Part shown: in pieces, positions 8,288 to 18,403 of the stretch
Layout of the letters: each line of letters opens with the position of its first letter
How positions within the stretch are numbered: the first letter of the stretch is position 1
Source: Candidatus Woesearchaeota archaeon
Lineage (GTDB): Archaea; Nanobdellota; Nanobdellia; SCGC-AAA011-G17; GW2011-AR17
Direction: 5' to 3'
Assembly: GCA_009691355.1 (NCBI GenBank)
Contig: SICW01000002.1
Coordinates: 1-36,880, forward strand
Length of the DNA: 36,880 nt
The notes under the pieces: model-generated
Databases searched by the model: none
What the model was told of the DNA's origin: nothing
The model's input: only the letters and a program-made list of their open reading frames with translations
Made by a program: the position numbers and the translations under genes

Positions 8288-8803
8288 TTACTCGTATCTA
8301 TGTGTTTTAAGATAAGTCTTTATGTCTGCAATAAAAGCAGAAGCATCTTTTCCCAGCTCTGACTGATACCTGGACCATTTCCCCTTTGCAATCAGTTTAT
8401 CATAAATTTCACGAAAAAGCGTTTGATAGGCATTTTTTTTGGATAAGGTCCAATCGGACTCAATGTCTTTTTCAATAAAGTTTGCAATTTTTATGGTGAC
8501 CGTCCCTTTCTGTGCAGACTTCTTCTTTCCATCATGTAACTCTATTTGAATATTTTCTGCTTCAGCTTTAAAATCAATACTAAAAAGAAACTTGGTATAA
8601 TCATCTACGCGCTTATCTGCAACCCATTGAAATGAATAGAGTTTCTTTCCTTCTGCAAGTATTTTTTCTGTATAATCTGTCTCTGCAGCATCATAACCCC
8701 TTAAACTAAGCCATTTCTTTAAATAATTATATAATTCTTTTTGGTCATAGACTAAAGTACTGCTAATTGTTTTTGCAGGACTGAGAAAATCTTTTACACC
8801 CAT
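8288..8803 (-). CDS. Conserved hypothetical protein, paralog of 8840-9331
   Basis: Shares W...GY...E....EK...W.A.K.V..Y.KF...G.V and R..Y.K.I with its neighbour. Confidence 0.7.
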   Translation of the reverse strand: MGVKDFLSPAKTISSTLVYDQKELYNYLKKWLSLRGYDAAETDYTEKILAEGKKLYSFQWVADKRVDDYTKFLFSIDFKAEAENIQIELHDGKKKSAQKGTVTIKIANFIEKDIESDWTLSKKNAYQTLFREIYDKLIAKGKWSRYQSELGKDASAFIADIKTYLKTHRYE

Positions 8804-8839
8804 AGAGCATTTGTAGGATTTTGGGGGATATAAAGCTTT

Positions 8840-9331
8840 CTATTTCAAATGTGATTTTAACGTATTCGTAAGATCAATAGATTCTACAGCAAGCTTTCCC
8901 ATGAATTTCTTTAACTCAGCTTCAGCAATGTACTTTTCATAAAACTGACGCATCATTTCTTCATACCATACTGAACCGTATTTATTTTGGTAATCCTTCT
9001 TTATTGTTGCAGTCATCATGATCAGAACTCTTCCCCAATAGATTTCTTGACCATCTTCTAGAACAATTTTTCGTACATCTTTTGCAGTGATACTTAGATC
9101 AAAAGCAAACTTGACATACTCCGTTACTTCCTTTTCTGCAGTCCATTCCGTCTCAATTTGATCCCCAGAGCCAATGTCTTTTTCTGCGAGGCCCTTTTCA
9201 TAGAAAAAATACCCCATTTGGTTAAACCAAGAAGGAATTGACTTGAGTAGCCCCATGATATCCACATAGGAGTGATGCTTTATCTGGGCATTATTAATTA
9301 TTTTAATCTCTTTTCTTTTTTCTGCTCCCAT
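8840..9331 (-). CDS. Conserved hypothetical protein, paralog of 8288-8803
   Basis: Same shared motif pattern; has its own TATA-like element upstream. Confidence 0.7.
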   Translation of the reverse strand: MGAEKRKEIKIINNAQIKHHSYVDIMGLLKSIPSWFNQMGYFFYEKGLAEKDIGSGDQIETEWTAEKEVTEYVKFAFDLSITAKDVRKIVLEDGQEIYWGRVLIMMTATIKKDYQNKYGSVWYEEMMRQFYEKYIAEAELKKFMGKLAVESIDLTNTLKSHLK

Positions 9332-9377
9332 TTATTCTTTATGAGAGAGAGAACTTAATAATAGTTTCGGTTAAGAA

Positions 9378-9932
9378 TTACTCTTCATCAGAAGATCTTA
9401 TTGTCTTTTCTCTATGGCACTCTGCACAAATATATTGATCATCTACTTCGTAGAGCTTTCCAAAATTTTCACAGACTTCGCAGGTGCCCTCTACAGACTT
9501 CCCTTTCTTTGTTTGTAAGCGGATATTAGATTGTTCCCGGAGTAAATCAAAAAGGGCAGGCTGTAATTTAATAATATCATTCAATGTGAGCATCCCAATG
9601 AGTTTTTTGTTATTCAGTACAGGAAGTCTTCGTACTTTTTCCCGCTTCATTATACTAATCGCTTCTGAAAGATCTTGCTCAGGAGAAATAGTATGTACTT
9701 TCTTTATCATTACTTCTTTTATTTTTGTTGCTTCTGGGTTTAATCCTTTAGCTAAAAAATGGACCAGATCCTTTTCTGTAATAATTCCTTCAAGTTGATC
9801 CTCTTTTACTATCAAGAGACTTCCTACTCTTTTTTTCGTCATTATTTTTGCGCACTCAAGAATACTCTTCAGACTAGAAATAGTCACTGGACTTATAGAC
9901 ATTGCATCTGCAGCTGTAACACCGGTGTTCAT
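9378..9932 (-). CDS. CBS-domain pair protein with C-terminal Zn-ribbon
   Basis: KRVGSLLIV..GIITEKDL and VRRLPV..GMLTLNDI, followed by CEVC...CAEC. Confidence 0.85.
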   Translation of the reverse strand: MNTGVTAADAMSISPVTISSLKSILECAKIMTKKRVGSLLIVKEDQLEGIITEKDLVHFLAKGLNPEATKIKEVMIKKVHTISPEQDLSEAISIMKREKVRRLPVLNNKKLIGMLTLNDIIKLQPALFDLLREQSNIRLQTKKGKSVEGTCEVCENFGKLYEVDDQYICAECHREKTIRSSDEE

Positions 9933-10052
9933 ATGGATTATACTAGGAATACTATCCTTTTAAAGATTGTTATCTTTTAGTTATATTATCGATAAAAAGA
10001 AAAGTATTTAACACGTAAAACTCTTTTTTTTCTACGAAAGGGGAAATTCTAG

Positions 10053-13000
10053 ATGAGAAAAACTATAGGCAATTCTCGCTCTTTTTCTCAAATTGGAGCG
10101 AGAGTATTGAATACGAAAGGTTCTTCACTGAATAAAAAATATGTTGTGGTCTTCTTTTTGTTCCTTCTTCTTTTCTTTCTTTTAGTTTTCTTTTTTCTCA
10201 AACCTGTCTTTTTAGGCTTTACCTTTTTAGAACTAAATAATATTGTTTCTTTTACTCTTGACCCCAATTGGAACTTGAGTGAAGGATTTGTGCGAATAAA
10301 TCAAAATATCTCTTCCTATGAGAGTTATAACCTTAGTTCTTATGTTACTGATAATACATTGTCTCTGGACCTTGATTCTTATGCCTTAGAAAATGGCTAC
10401 GTATTTGTTGAGCTTTGGATCAATGGGATTATTGTTGCAAACGAATCTGTTTTCTATCAAAAACAAAGTCCTTCACAGTTTTCTTTCTTTGATCAGATCT
10501 CTTTGGCGATACAAAGTAATACCGAAGAATCTGCTGGTATTGAGAGTACAGATTCAGGATTCTTTTTAGCAAATAGTACGGGGACATACCAAGTTGACCA
10601 TGTACTTCTTGAACCGCTTAAACCTTTTATTAATGATACACTTCTTTGTAGTAATGGGTCTCTGAGTTCAGATGTTACTCAACTTCTTTATATCTGGTAT
10701 GTTAATGGAAGTTCTTTGCGTTTGGATAACCGAAGCAGCCTTGGTGTAGGAAATGCGAGTGTTCACGATAGGGTGGATTGTGCGATTATCCCTCAACAAG
10801 GAAATAGTCTTGTTGCCTACTGGCCATTTGATGAAGGATCTGGAACAGAATTTCACGAATTTGTCAATAACTACTCTGGATCAAGTAACTATTCAAACTG
10901 GACTTTAGGAAGAAATGATTATGCAATTACTCCAAATGCAACTAATAATCTTACTGTAGGAAATACTGCAGGTTTGAATCTTACTGGAAACTTTAGTTTA
11001 GAACTTTGGATCTATTCACGAGATACTACACCCCAAGAGTTATATAATTTAGATGGGTTTCGTATTTTTCTTCAATCAGGAACTATCCGAGTGCACTTCC
11101 CTCTAGGACACAATGTTAGCTCACAAAGACTGGTTTCAAAAGGAGTTCTTCCTTTGAATACATGGAACCAGATTGCTGTGACTTATGATAATACCACACT
11201 TTCTCTTTATTTGAATGGAGCACTAGATAATACTACGGCGCTCTCAGGACGGCTTGGAAATTACTCTGGAGTACTGTATTTTGGAACTGACCCTATTGCT
11301 GCAAATGGACTTAAGGGATTCATTGATGAGATTGCCTTGTACCGGATGAGTCTCACTGCACTTGAGGTCTATGATCATTATCGTTATGGGGTTTCAAGAA
11401 CTTCGAAACATAATACCTTGCTGATCAGTACAACCCAAGCAGAATTTGGCAATGGAACTTGTGCAAATGTGAATTGTATTACGCAACCAGGAAATATTAC
11501 CCTTGCTGTTGGTCTTGCCACGCCATATTCTGCTACTGGAAATTTTACTTCTCCCATTTTTGAACTTCCTAATGGATATGATGACCCTATTCTTCGATGG
11601 AATAATTTTACGCCCTTAGGAACAAATATTTCCTTACAAATACGCACAGGGATTGCTGGTGATAATGAGAGTATTTTTGGAGGAAATTTTTCTGGGCCAG
11701 ACTATACCCATAGTAAAGATCGAAACCTTCTTGTGGCATTTGATTTCTCTGAAGGAGAAGGTAACATAAGCATTTCTAAAGGGTACTTTCCTTATCAAGC
11801 AAATTTCTCTGATGTTGATTTTACTGCAAAAGGGAAACATGGATTTGGTGCAAGATTCTATGGTATTAATGGAATGACTGTAGGATATAGTCCTATACTT
11901 ACTCTTGCAAATACTCGAAATTATAGCCTTGAAATTTGGGTTGAACCTATAGATAGAATTTCAAATGTTCCTATTCTTTTTAAAAACCAATATTTTCTCT
12001 ATACAAACTCTAGTGGGAACGTTATCTTTAATGCTAGTTACTCTAGTATTACGTATAGCCTTCCCAGTGTTTCTCCACTTCCTATTGACCAATGGACTCA
12101 TATTGCAATTACACATGATTTTGATAACATTACAAGGCTCTACATCAACGGAACACTAGAGTCTAGCCTTGCAATGAATGGAACTATTGACTCTGCAATT
12201 AACTCTCTTTCCATTGGTGATGGAACGGGGTTTACTGCTTTTAATGGTACTTTAGATAGCTTTGCACTTTATAATAAGACTCTGAGTACCACTGAAGTTC
12301 TTGCACATGGACAAGATGTGTTTACCAACTCTTCTGGAGGGGAATTTACAGGGGAGTTGAATCGTTTTGTTCAGTATAGAGTTTTCTTTGTGACTAATGA
12401 TAGTACAAAAACTCCTACACTCTATGATGTTTCTCTACGTGTTTTTAATTACTCCACATTCATTTATAATCATGTTCCAGAAAATCTTTCTCTGACTTCA
12501 CCAACAAATAATACGCTGGTTAGTAGTGTGAATATTACGCTCAACTGGAATACTCCTAGAGACTTAGAAAATAATACTCGCTTCTACGAATTTATGCTTT
12601 CTAATGATTCTAACTTTAGTACGATACTTATCAGTACTCTTGCAGTGAATAATTTCTCTCGGCTAGAATATAGTGATGATAACCATACGAGTCTTATTTT
12701 CCATTTTGATACCAAAGAAAACTTTCAAAATAAAGGTGTTACTGGGACTTTCTTAAGTTATAGGACTATAGGAAAGTTTGGAAGAGGCTTTGCATTTTCT
12801 GGGGGAGGTCAATATTTCCGCTTTGGTTCTACTCCTCTTAATACGGATCAAGGAACGATTGAATTTTGGGTACAACCTTATTGGAATGCAAATGATAGCC
12901 AAGTGAACTACTTTTTGGATCAAACTGCAGATAAAGTTGCTATGAATAGGTCGGGATCACTTCTTACAGTGAGTCTTGATGCTCTAAATGCAAGTACTTT

Positions 13001-15122
13001 AACGTACAATATTAGCTCCTGGAGTGCATATGAATGGCATCATCTTGCTGTTTCTTGGAAGAGAAATGGTAATATGACTCTTTTTGTTGATGGTGCACGC
13101 GTTAATAGAACACTCTCACCTCCTTTGGTTACAGGATATGGTGAAGGTTTCTTCTATATTGGAAGTACTGCAGGTAGTAGTGGAATCTTTCCATTAAATG
13201 GAACGGTGGATGAGTTTAGAATTAGTCGTGTTGCTCGTGAAGCACTTGTAGATTTGAATACTACAAACTATACCATTACCACTGCTGATTATGCAGATAA
13301 TACCTATTACTGGAGAGTTCGTGCAATACAAAATTTTAACCTCACTCTTGAGGGTGAAAAAGAACAAGGCCCATGGTCTAGCGAAGCAATACGATTAGAT
13401 ACAAGAACACCTACACTCACTATAGATAGTTCTCCTATTGCTGTTCCATCTTCAACATTTTTCCCTATAAATATTAGTTCCAGTGAACCGACATATTGTG
13501 AATTCAAGAACCATGATGGGAGTTATGGCCCAGTAAATTTTACTTTTGGATTAAAACATAGCGTTTCTTTTAATATTAGCCTTCTCAGAGGGAACTATAC
13601 GTACTACTTTAATTGTAATGATACGGTAAATACCTTTGTTAATACCACGATGAGCTTTTATATCTTTAATAGAACGCTTAAAAATCCTACTCAAAATATA
13701 AGCACATACTCTTATCTCGCAAATATAAGCGCTAGTATTGATTTGATCACTTCAGCTGGAGAGAATATTACTACTGTTTCTTTCACCCCGAGGAATACCT
13801 TAAATGCAAAAATATTTGTCATTAAATATCCAGGGGATTTTAATCCAGAACCGCCTACAGCTGGACTAGAGTCATATATCGTTGCTTTCTGGACGGTTAT
13901 TCCTGATGATTTTCTTGTTTCTAACCTGAGTACAAATGCAAGTGTTACACTTTTTTATTCTGAAGGTGATATCTCTGGAAACTTGGCAACTAAATTTAGA
14001 CTCTATTATTATGATTATCATAAAAATGAATGGATGCCTAAAAGTGAAACTACTCCTAAAGGTGAAATGAAAATCACTTTTAGTACAAAAGATTTTGGGA
14101 CCTATACTCTCTCTGGTACTAAACCTCCAAAAAAGGCAAGTGGCACAGCAGCTGCGGAAAGTAGCATTTGGCAAACAGGTCCGTATATTCCCTTCCACGA
14201 TGAAGAAATAGTGAATTACACCACTTACGAATATCCTTATGCGCGATTGTATTCAGGAGAAGAGCAGACTATAGAACTGGACGATAGTACACTTGCACTC
14301 TTTACGGTGTATTTTGCTTCTAACACTTATTTGGAAGATGTTATTGTGAGTATTACTGGCCAAGATGCAGGAGAGGCATATGGCTCTTTTTCTATTACTT
14401 CAGAGTCTATGGAGAGCACTTCTTTAGAGTACCTCACTTTAGAATATACTGTAGATAAAGCATGGTTAGAAGAAAATGGCTATACTATAGATGATATTGT
14501 CTTTTATGATAATGATGGAAATGAATACACAGTTACTTCCGTTTCGGAAGATGAGTATTATTACTATCTCCAAAGTACGGTTAGTGGTTTTGGAACCTTT
14601 ACTATTGATGTTACTATGAATGAAGAAACTACAACAACAAGTGAAGAAAATGTATCTTCTGCTACGAATGAAAGTACAACAGACCTTACTCCACAACAGA
14701 GTTCAGTATTTAGTAATGATACTCTTGGTGCCTTCTTTACCACTCTTCTTCTTTTCCTAGCAATCATTTTTGTTTCCCATGCTGGACTTGCATTTATTCT
14801 CACCTTACAGAAAAGATATCCTTTTACTGAGAAAGATATTCTTGAAAAAGGCAAAGACTTAGGAGAATTAAAAAAACATATCTTCAAAAACCGGAGTAAA
14901 GAAGATCTTGAACAAGATCTTTTGGATCAAGGCTGGAGTAAAAGAGACTACCACACATTGCTCCAAGCTATGAAAAATCTTCCTCAAGGAAAATTAGAAA
15001 ATTATATTTATCAAAGACTTTGCATGGGGCATGATGAAGAAGAGATCTTCCAGGATCTTAAGAATGTTGGGTGGAAAGAAAATCAGATACGAAAGGAAAT
15101 TACGCGATTTCAGAATATTTAA
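10053..15122 (+). CDS. Large cell-surface glycoprotein with three LamG-like jellyroll domains, an FN3-like region, a PGF-pre-PGF-like region and a C-terminal TM helix
   Basis: Repeated AYWPFDEG / FDFSEG / FHFD starts, W(N/T/H)(Q/H)(I/L)A motifs, LY.NG and G.(I/L/V)D(E/S) motifs. Many N-x-S/T sequons. Hydrophobic segments near both ends and a charged tail with two GW repeats. Confidence 0.8.
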   Translation: MRKTIGNSRSFSQIGARVLNTKGSSLNKKYVVVFFLFLLLFFLLVFFFLKPVFLGFTFLELNNIVSFTLDPNWNLSEGFVRINQNISSYESYNLSSYVTDNTLSLDLDSYALENGYVFVELWINGIIVANESVFYQKQSPSQFSFFDQISLAIQSNTEESAGIESTDSGFFLANSTGTYQVDHVLLEPLKPFINDTLLCSNGSLSSDVTQLLYIWYVNGSSLRLDNRSSLGVGNASVHDRVDCAIIPQQGNSLVAYWPFDEGSGTEFHEFVNNYSGSSNYSNWTLGRNDYAITPNATNNLTVGNTAGLNLTGNFSLELWIYSRDTTPQELYNLDGFRIFLQSGTIRVHFPLGHNVSSQRLVSKGVLPLNTWNQIAVTYDNTTLSLYLNGALDNTTALSGRLGNYSGVLYFGTDPIAANGLKGFIDEIALYRMSLTALEVYDHYRYGVSRTSKHNTLLISTTQAEFGNGTCANVNCITQPGNITLAVGLATPYSATGNFTSPIFELPNGYDDPILRWNNFTPLGTNISLQIRTGIAGDNESIFGGNFSGPDYTHSKDRNLLVAFDFSEGEGNISISKGYFPYQANFSDVDFTAKGKHGFGARFYGINGMTVGYSPILTLANTRNYSLEIWVEPIDRISNVPILFKNQYFLYTNSSGNVIFNASYSSITYSLPSVSPLPIDQWTHIAITHDFDNITRLYINGTLESSLAMNGTIDSAINSLSIGDGTGFTAFNGTLDSFALYNKTLSTTEVLAHGQDVFTNSSGGEFTGELNRFVQYRVFFVTNDSTKTPTLYDVSLRVFNYSTFIYNHVPENLSLTSPTNNTLVSSVNITLNWNTPRDLENNTRFYEFMLSNDSNFSTILISTLAVNNFSRLEYSDDNHTSLIFHFDTKENFQNKGVTGTFLSYRTIGKFGRGFAFSGGGQYFRFGSTPLNTDQGTIEFWVQPYWNANDSQVNYFLDQTADKVAMNRSGSLLTVSLDALNASTLTYNISSWSAYEWHHLAVSWKRNGNMTLFVDGARVNRTLSPPLVTGYGEGFFYIGSTAGSSGIFPLNGTVDEFRISRVAREALVDLNTTNYTITTADYADNTYYWRVRAIQNFNLTLEGEKEQGPWSSEAIRLDTRTPTLTIDSSPIAVPSSTFFPINISSSEPTYCEFKNHDGSYGPVNFTFGLKHSVSFNISLLRGNYTYYFNCNDTVNTFVNTTMSFYIFNRTLKNPTQNISTYSYLANISASIDLITSAGENITTVSFTPRNTLNAKIFVIKYPGDFNPEPPTAGLESYIVAFWTVIPDDFLVSNLSTNASVTLFYSEGDISGNLATKFRLYYYDYHKNEWMPKSETTPKGEMKITFSTKDFGTYTLSGTKPPKKASGTAAAESSIWQTGPYIPFHDEEIVNYTTYEYPYARLYSGEEQTIELDDSTLALFTVYFASNTYLEDVIVSITGQDAGEAYGSFSITSESMESTSLEYLTLEYTVDKAWLEENGYTIDDIVFYDNDGNEYTVTSVSEDEYYYYLQSTVSGFGTFTIDVTMNEETTTTSEENVSSATNESTTDLTPQQSSVFSNDTLGAFFTTLLLFLAIIFVSHAGLAFILTLQKRYPFTEKDILEKGKDLGELKKHIFKNRSKEDLEQDLLDQGWSKRDYHTLLQAMKNLPQGKLENYIYQRLCMGHDEEEIFQDLKNVGWKENQIRKEITRFQNI

Positions 15123-16588
15123 TCATTCTCTGGTTTCATTGTTGGAAAAAGAATAACCTCTTTAATAGAAGTTGCATTGGTGAATAAAATTACCATACGA
15201 TCTACACCAAGTCCTACACCACCTGTTGGAGGAAGACCATATTCCATGGAGCGTATAAAATCAAGATCCATTTGATGTGCTTCTTCATCCCCGCCACGGC
15301 CACGTTCTACTTGTTCTTCTAAAAACTGTTTTTGAAGAATAGGATCAGTTAACTCAGAATAGCCATTCCCTATTTCCCATCCGTTTATATAAGGTTCAAA
15401 ACGTTCAATCAACTCAGGGTTTCCCCTCTTTAACTTACATAAAGGGGTTGTTTCTCTAGGATGATCTGTAATAAAAGTGGGCTGAATGAGACTCTTTTCA
15501 CATAAGTCTCCAAATAATGCTGCAATAGCTAATCCTTTTGTTGTAGTTTTTTTATCATAAGGAATTTTATGTTGCTCTAGAAGATTCTTTAGATCTTTTT
15601 CAGACATTTTAGACACATCTATTTTTCCAATAGTTTTAAGTGCTTCATACATCGTCATTCTCTTCCAAGGTGTTTTAAGACTGATTTTTGTTCCTTGATA
15701 GACTAACTCTGTTGTTCCAAGCACTTTTTTTGCAATGTATTCGTAGAGTTCTTCTGTTAAAGCCATCATGTCGTTGTAATCAACACCACTCCAATAGCAT
15801 TCCATCACGGTAAACTCAGGATTATGCGTCTTATCTACACCTTCATTTCTAAAATTCTTGCAAATCGTGTAAACTTTCTCATAGCCACCAACAACCAATC
15901 TTTTAAGATATAACTCTGGAGAAATCGACAAAAATAAGTCCATATTCCAAGCATTGATATGTGTCTTAAATGGACGAGCATTTGCACCACCATAAACCGG
16001 CTGCAAGGTGGGAATTTCTACCTCAAGAAAGCCTTTTTGATCTAAGTACTCCCTCATAGCACTAATAATTTTACTTCTTAGTACGAATATTTTTTTTACT
16101 TCTGGATTTGTAATCAAATCAACGTACCTTTGGCGATAACGAATTTCTGTATCTTGAAGGCCATGGAATTTATCTGGAAGTGGAAGAAGAGATTTGCTTA
16201 GCAGAACAAATTCCCTTGCCCATACTGTTAATTCTCCCTTTTTGGTTCGGAAGACTTCTCCTTTGATGCCAATAATATCCCCCATGTCTACTAACTTGAA
16301 AACATTATAATTTTGGAGATCTTCTTCACGAAAATACACTTGTATCTGTCCTTCTTGATCTTCTATATGACCAAAAGAAGCCTTTCCCATTTCTCTTAAA
16401 GTCATGAGTCTGCCCATAAGAGAAACTTTCTCCTTTGCAGACTCTCCTTCTTTTAATCCTTTATATTTCTCCAGAAGGATAGTACTAAAGGTATAGCCCT
16501 TGTAAACATAAGGGTATGGATCAACACCTAGCTCTCTTATTTTTTTTACTTTTTCTATTCTTTCTTGAGATAAACGGTTGTGCTCCAT
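15119..16588 (-). CDS. lysS: Lysine--tRNA ligase, class II
   Basis: OB-fold MGKASF, YRQRYVDLI, GGANARPF, SPELYLKRL, FRNEG, HNPEF, ERFE and YGLPPTGGVGLGVDR. Confidence 0.97.
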   Translation of the reverse strand: MEHNRLSQERIEKVKKIRELGVDPYPYVYKGYTFSTILLEKYKGLKEGESAKEKVSLMGRLMTLREMGKASFGHIEDQEGQIQVYFREEDLQNYNVFKLVDMGDIIGIKGEVFRTKKGELTVWAREFVLLSKSLLPLPDKFHGLQDTEIRYRQRYVDLITNPEVKKIFVLRSKIISAMREYLDQKGFLEVEIPTLQPVYGGANARPFKTHINAWNMDLFLSISPELYLKRLVVGGYEKVYTICKNFRNEGVDKTHNPEFTVMECYWSGVDYNDMMALTEELYEYIAKKVLGTTELVYQGTKISLKTPWKRMTMYEALKTIGKIDVSKMSEKDLKNLLEQHKIPYDKKTTTKGLAIAALFGDLCEKSLIQPTFITDHPRETTPLCKLKRGNPELIERFEPYINGWEIGNGYSELTDPILQKQFLEEQVERGRGGDEEAHQMDLDFIRSMEYGLPPTGGVGLGVDRMVILFTNATSIKEVILFPTMKPEND

Positions 16589-16632
16589 ATCTTTCAAAAA
16601 AATAGATCTAGAATATATAAATCTTTCTTGGA

Positions 16633-17088
16633 TTATACGGATTTTTTATCTAAAAGAGTGATGGGCTGCCTTCCTGTAAACCCATCTCCAATTTCATGCC
16701 AGTATCTAATGTCTTGCTCTCCAAGATGCCAACAAAGATAGATATCCCTTCCTTCATGCTTTGCATTGAAATCAACAAGGCCTTTTTTAATGTCTTTTAT
16801 TACCACACCAATTGTAAGAAGCTCTGCAATGTATTTATGATAAAAGAATAATCTTTTGTAATAGTTCATATTTAGTTTTGTAATCATTAAATCCAGTTCT
16901 TGTTCTGCTTCTTCATTTTCAATATTGACTGTGCTGAGAAGTTCTAAAGCTTTATGCGTTTTTAGAATTTTAATAATTTTTTCTTCCACAATTGGAAGGA
17001 GAAGTCGCGCTTCCTCCAGACTGTAATATACTGGATACTGCATTCTAGAGGATAGCCTTTCTTCACTTATAAGCTTTGTGTCTATCAA
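16633..17088 (-). CDS. DUF2203 family protein
   Basis: YSLEEARLLLP, GVVIKD..GLVDF, YLCWHLGE, YWH...GF.GR.PI. Confidence 0.75.
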   Translation of the reverse strand: MIDTKLISEERLSSRMQYPVYYSLEEARLLLPIVEEKIIKILKTHKALELLSTVNIENEEAEQELDLMITKLNMNYYKRLFFYHKYIAELLTIGVVIKDIKKGLVDFNAKHEGRDIYLCWHLGEQDIRYWHEIGDGFTGRQPITLLDKKSV

Positions 17089-17588
17089 CCTATAATTGCA
17101 AGAACAGTTCTCACCATGCCAGATTTTATTTTACCAAAAAAACCGACTCCATTATAGGTAATGTCTTTATTTTTTAATGCTTGCGTTAGATCGAAACTAT
17201 CACTCTCTAAAGAAATAAATACATTATCAGAAATATGCGCCTCCAAGGTTACGTCTTCTAATGGACCATCTTGTATGCTTGTTACTTTACCATCTTCAAC
17301 TTGGATTCCAATACTATCTCCACCTTCAAAGTAGATATTTATATTGGTTTTCCCTACAACTATTTTTGCAATGGCAGGAGTATCTGCTAATTCTTCATTT
17401 ACTTTATCTTCCACTTTTTCAAGATTTTCCATTACAGCCTGTTTTTGTGCCTCTACGGTATCTTCTTGATTTAATCCTTGCGTATCAATTCCTAAAAAGT
17501 TGTTAAAATCACTTTCTGCTTCATGCGCTTGCACAAAAGTTGCGACCATAATAATCATGAGGGTTGTTATTAATAAAAAGTTCTTCAT
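17085..17588 (-). CDS. Secreted hypothetical protein, possibly with an SCP2-like C-terminal domain
   Basis: Signal peptide MKNFLLITTLMIIMVATFVQA; C-terminal ...ALKNKDITYNG. Confidence 0.55.
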   Translation of the reverse strand: MKNFLLITTLMIIMVATFVQAHEAESDFNNFLGIDTQGLNQEDTVEAQKQAVMENLEKVEDKVNEELADTPAIAKIVVGKTNINIYFEGGDSIGIQVEDGKVTSIQDGPLEDVTLEAHISDNVFISLESDSFDLTQALKNKDITYNGVGFFGKIKSGMVRTVLAIIG

Positions 17589-17673
17589 TTCATAGTATCA
17601 GAAGAAACCGTTCTATTTAAACTTAATGGAGAAAAAAGATACTTTTAAAAAGAATATTTCACTTATTCATTCT

Positions 17674-17862
17674 ATGGAAAAAGATAAAGTATTCATGATA
17701 CGATTTACTGTAAACCTAGATGGAAAGATGGCTACAGAAATGACTACCAAGAATATGAGCCCACAGGAAAGTATTGGGCTTCTTGAAATTGCAAAGCAAC
17801 AAATCCTTGATGGTGTTAAACAGAACAAGAAGGAAATCTTTCGAGGATCTAAAGATGCATAA
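17674..17862 (+). CDS. Small hypothetical protein
   Basis: ATG at 17674 is 24 nt after TTTTAAAA (17643-17650). Its stop overlaps the HIT start (ATGCATAA). The ORF extends upstream to 17626. Confidence 0.6.
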   Translation: MEKDKVFMIRFTVNLDGKMATEMTTKNMSPQESIGLLEIAKQQILDGVKQNKKEIFRGSKDA

Positions 17863-18262
17863 TTGCATTTTTTGTAAAATTCTCACTGGTGAAATACCTA
17901 CACTCAAAGTGTATGAAGATACGCATGCCATTGCATTTCTCGATGTAAACCCTGTAAGCAAGGGACACACCTTAGTCATTCCTAAAACGCACTATGAAAC
18001 TCTTTCTTTGATGCCAGAAACAGAGTTTCTTAGTTATATGGCAACTGTACATAAAGTCGTCAAGGGACTGATGAAATATACAGATGGCGTGAATGTTTTG
18101 CAAAATAATGGGAAGGATGCAGGACAACTTGTCCCACATGTTCATTTTCATATTATCCCTAGAAGACCAGGTGATGGACTCAAAATTGGAGAATGGCATG
18201 TACACCATGATCCAGATTTAGACAAAGTCCAAATGGTTATAAAAAGCCTTTTAAAGGAGTAA
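17855..18262 (+). CDS. hit: HIT family protein (Hint-like)
   Basis: MHNCIFCKI, AFLDVNP..KGHTLVIPK, NNGKDAGQLVPHVHFHIIPR. Confidence 0.92.
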   Translation: MHNCIFCKILTGEIPTLKVYEDTHAIAFLDVNPVSKGHTLVIPKTHYETLSLMPETEFLSYMATVHKVVKGLMKYTDGVNVLQNNGKDAGQLVPHVHFHIIPRRPGDGLKIGEWHVHHDPDLDKVQMVIKSLLKE

Positions 18263-18282
18263 TTTTTCTCAGGATAGAATAC

Positions 18283-18356
18283 GGCACAGTAGTTTAATCT
18301 GGTAGAACACGAGTCTCATGAGCTCGGGGTTGGGGGTTCAAATCCCTCCTGTGCCA
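18283..18356 (+). tRNA. tRNA with CAT anticodon (elongator Met or Ile2), no CCA, no intron
   Basis: Acceptor GGCACAG/CTGTGCC-A, anticodon arm CGAGT-CTCATGA-GCTCG, T-arm GGGGG-TTCAAAT-CCCTC. Lacks initiator features (A1:U72, three G:C anticodon-stem pairs). Confidence 0.9.
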
Positions 18357-18403
18357 TTTTTTCTCGCATAAGTCTTATAAATCCTAAATAAATTTTTACT
18401 TTT

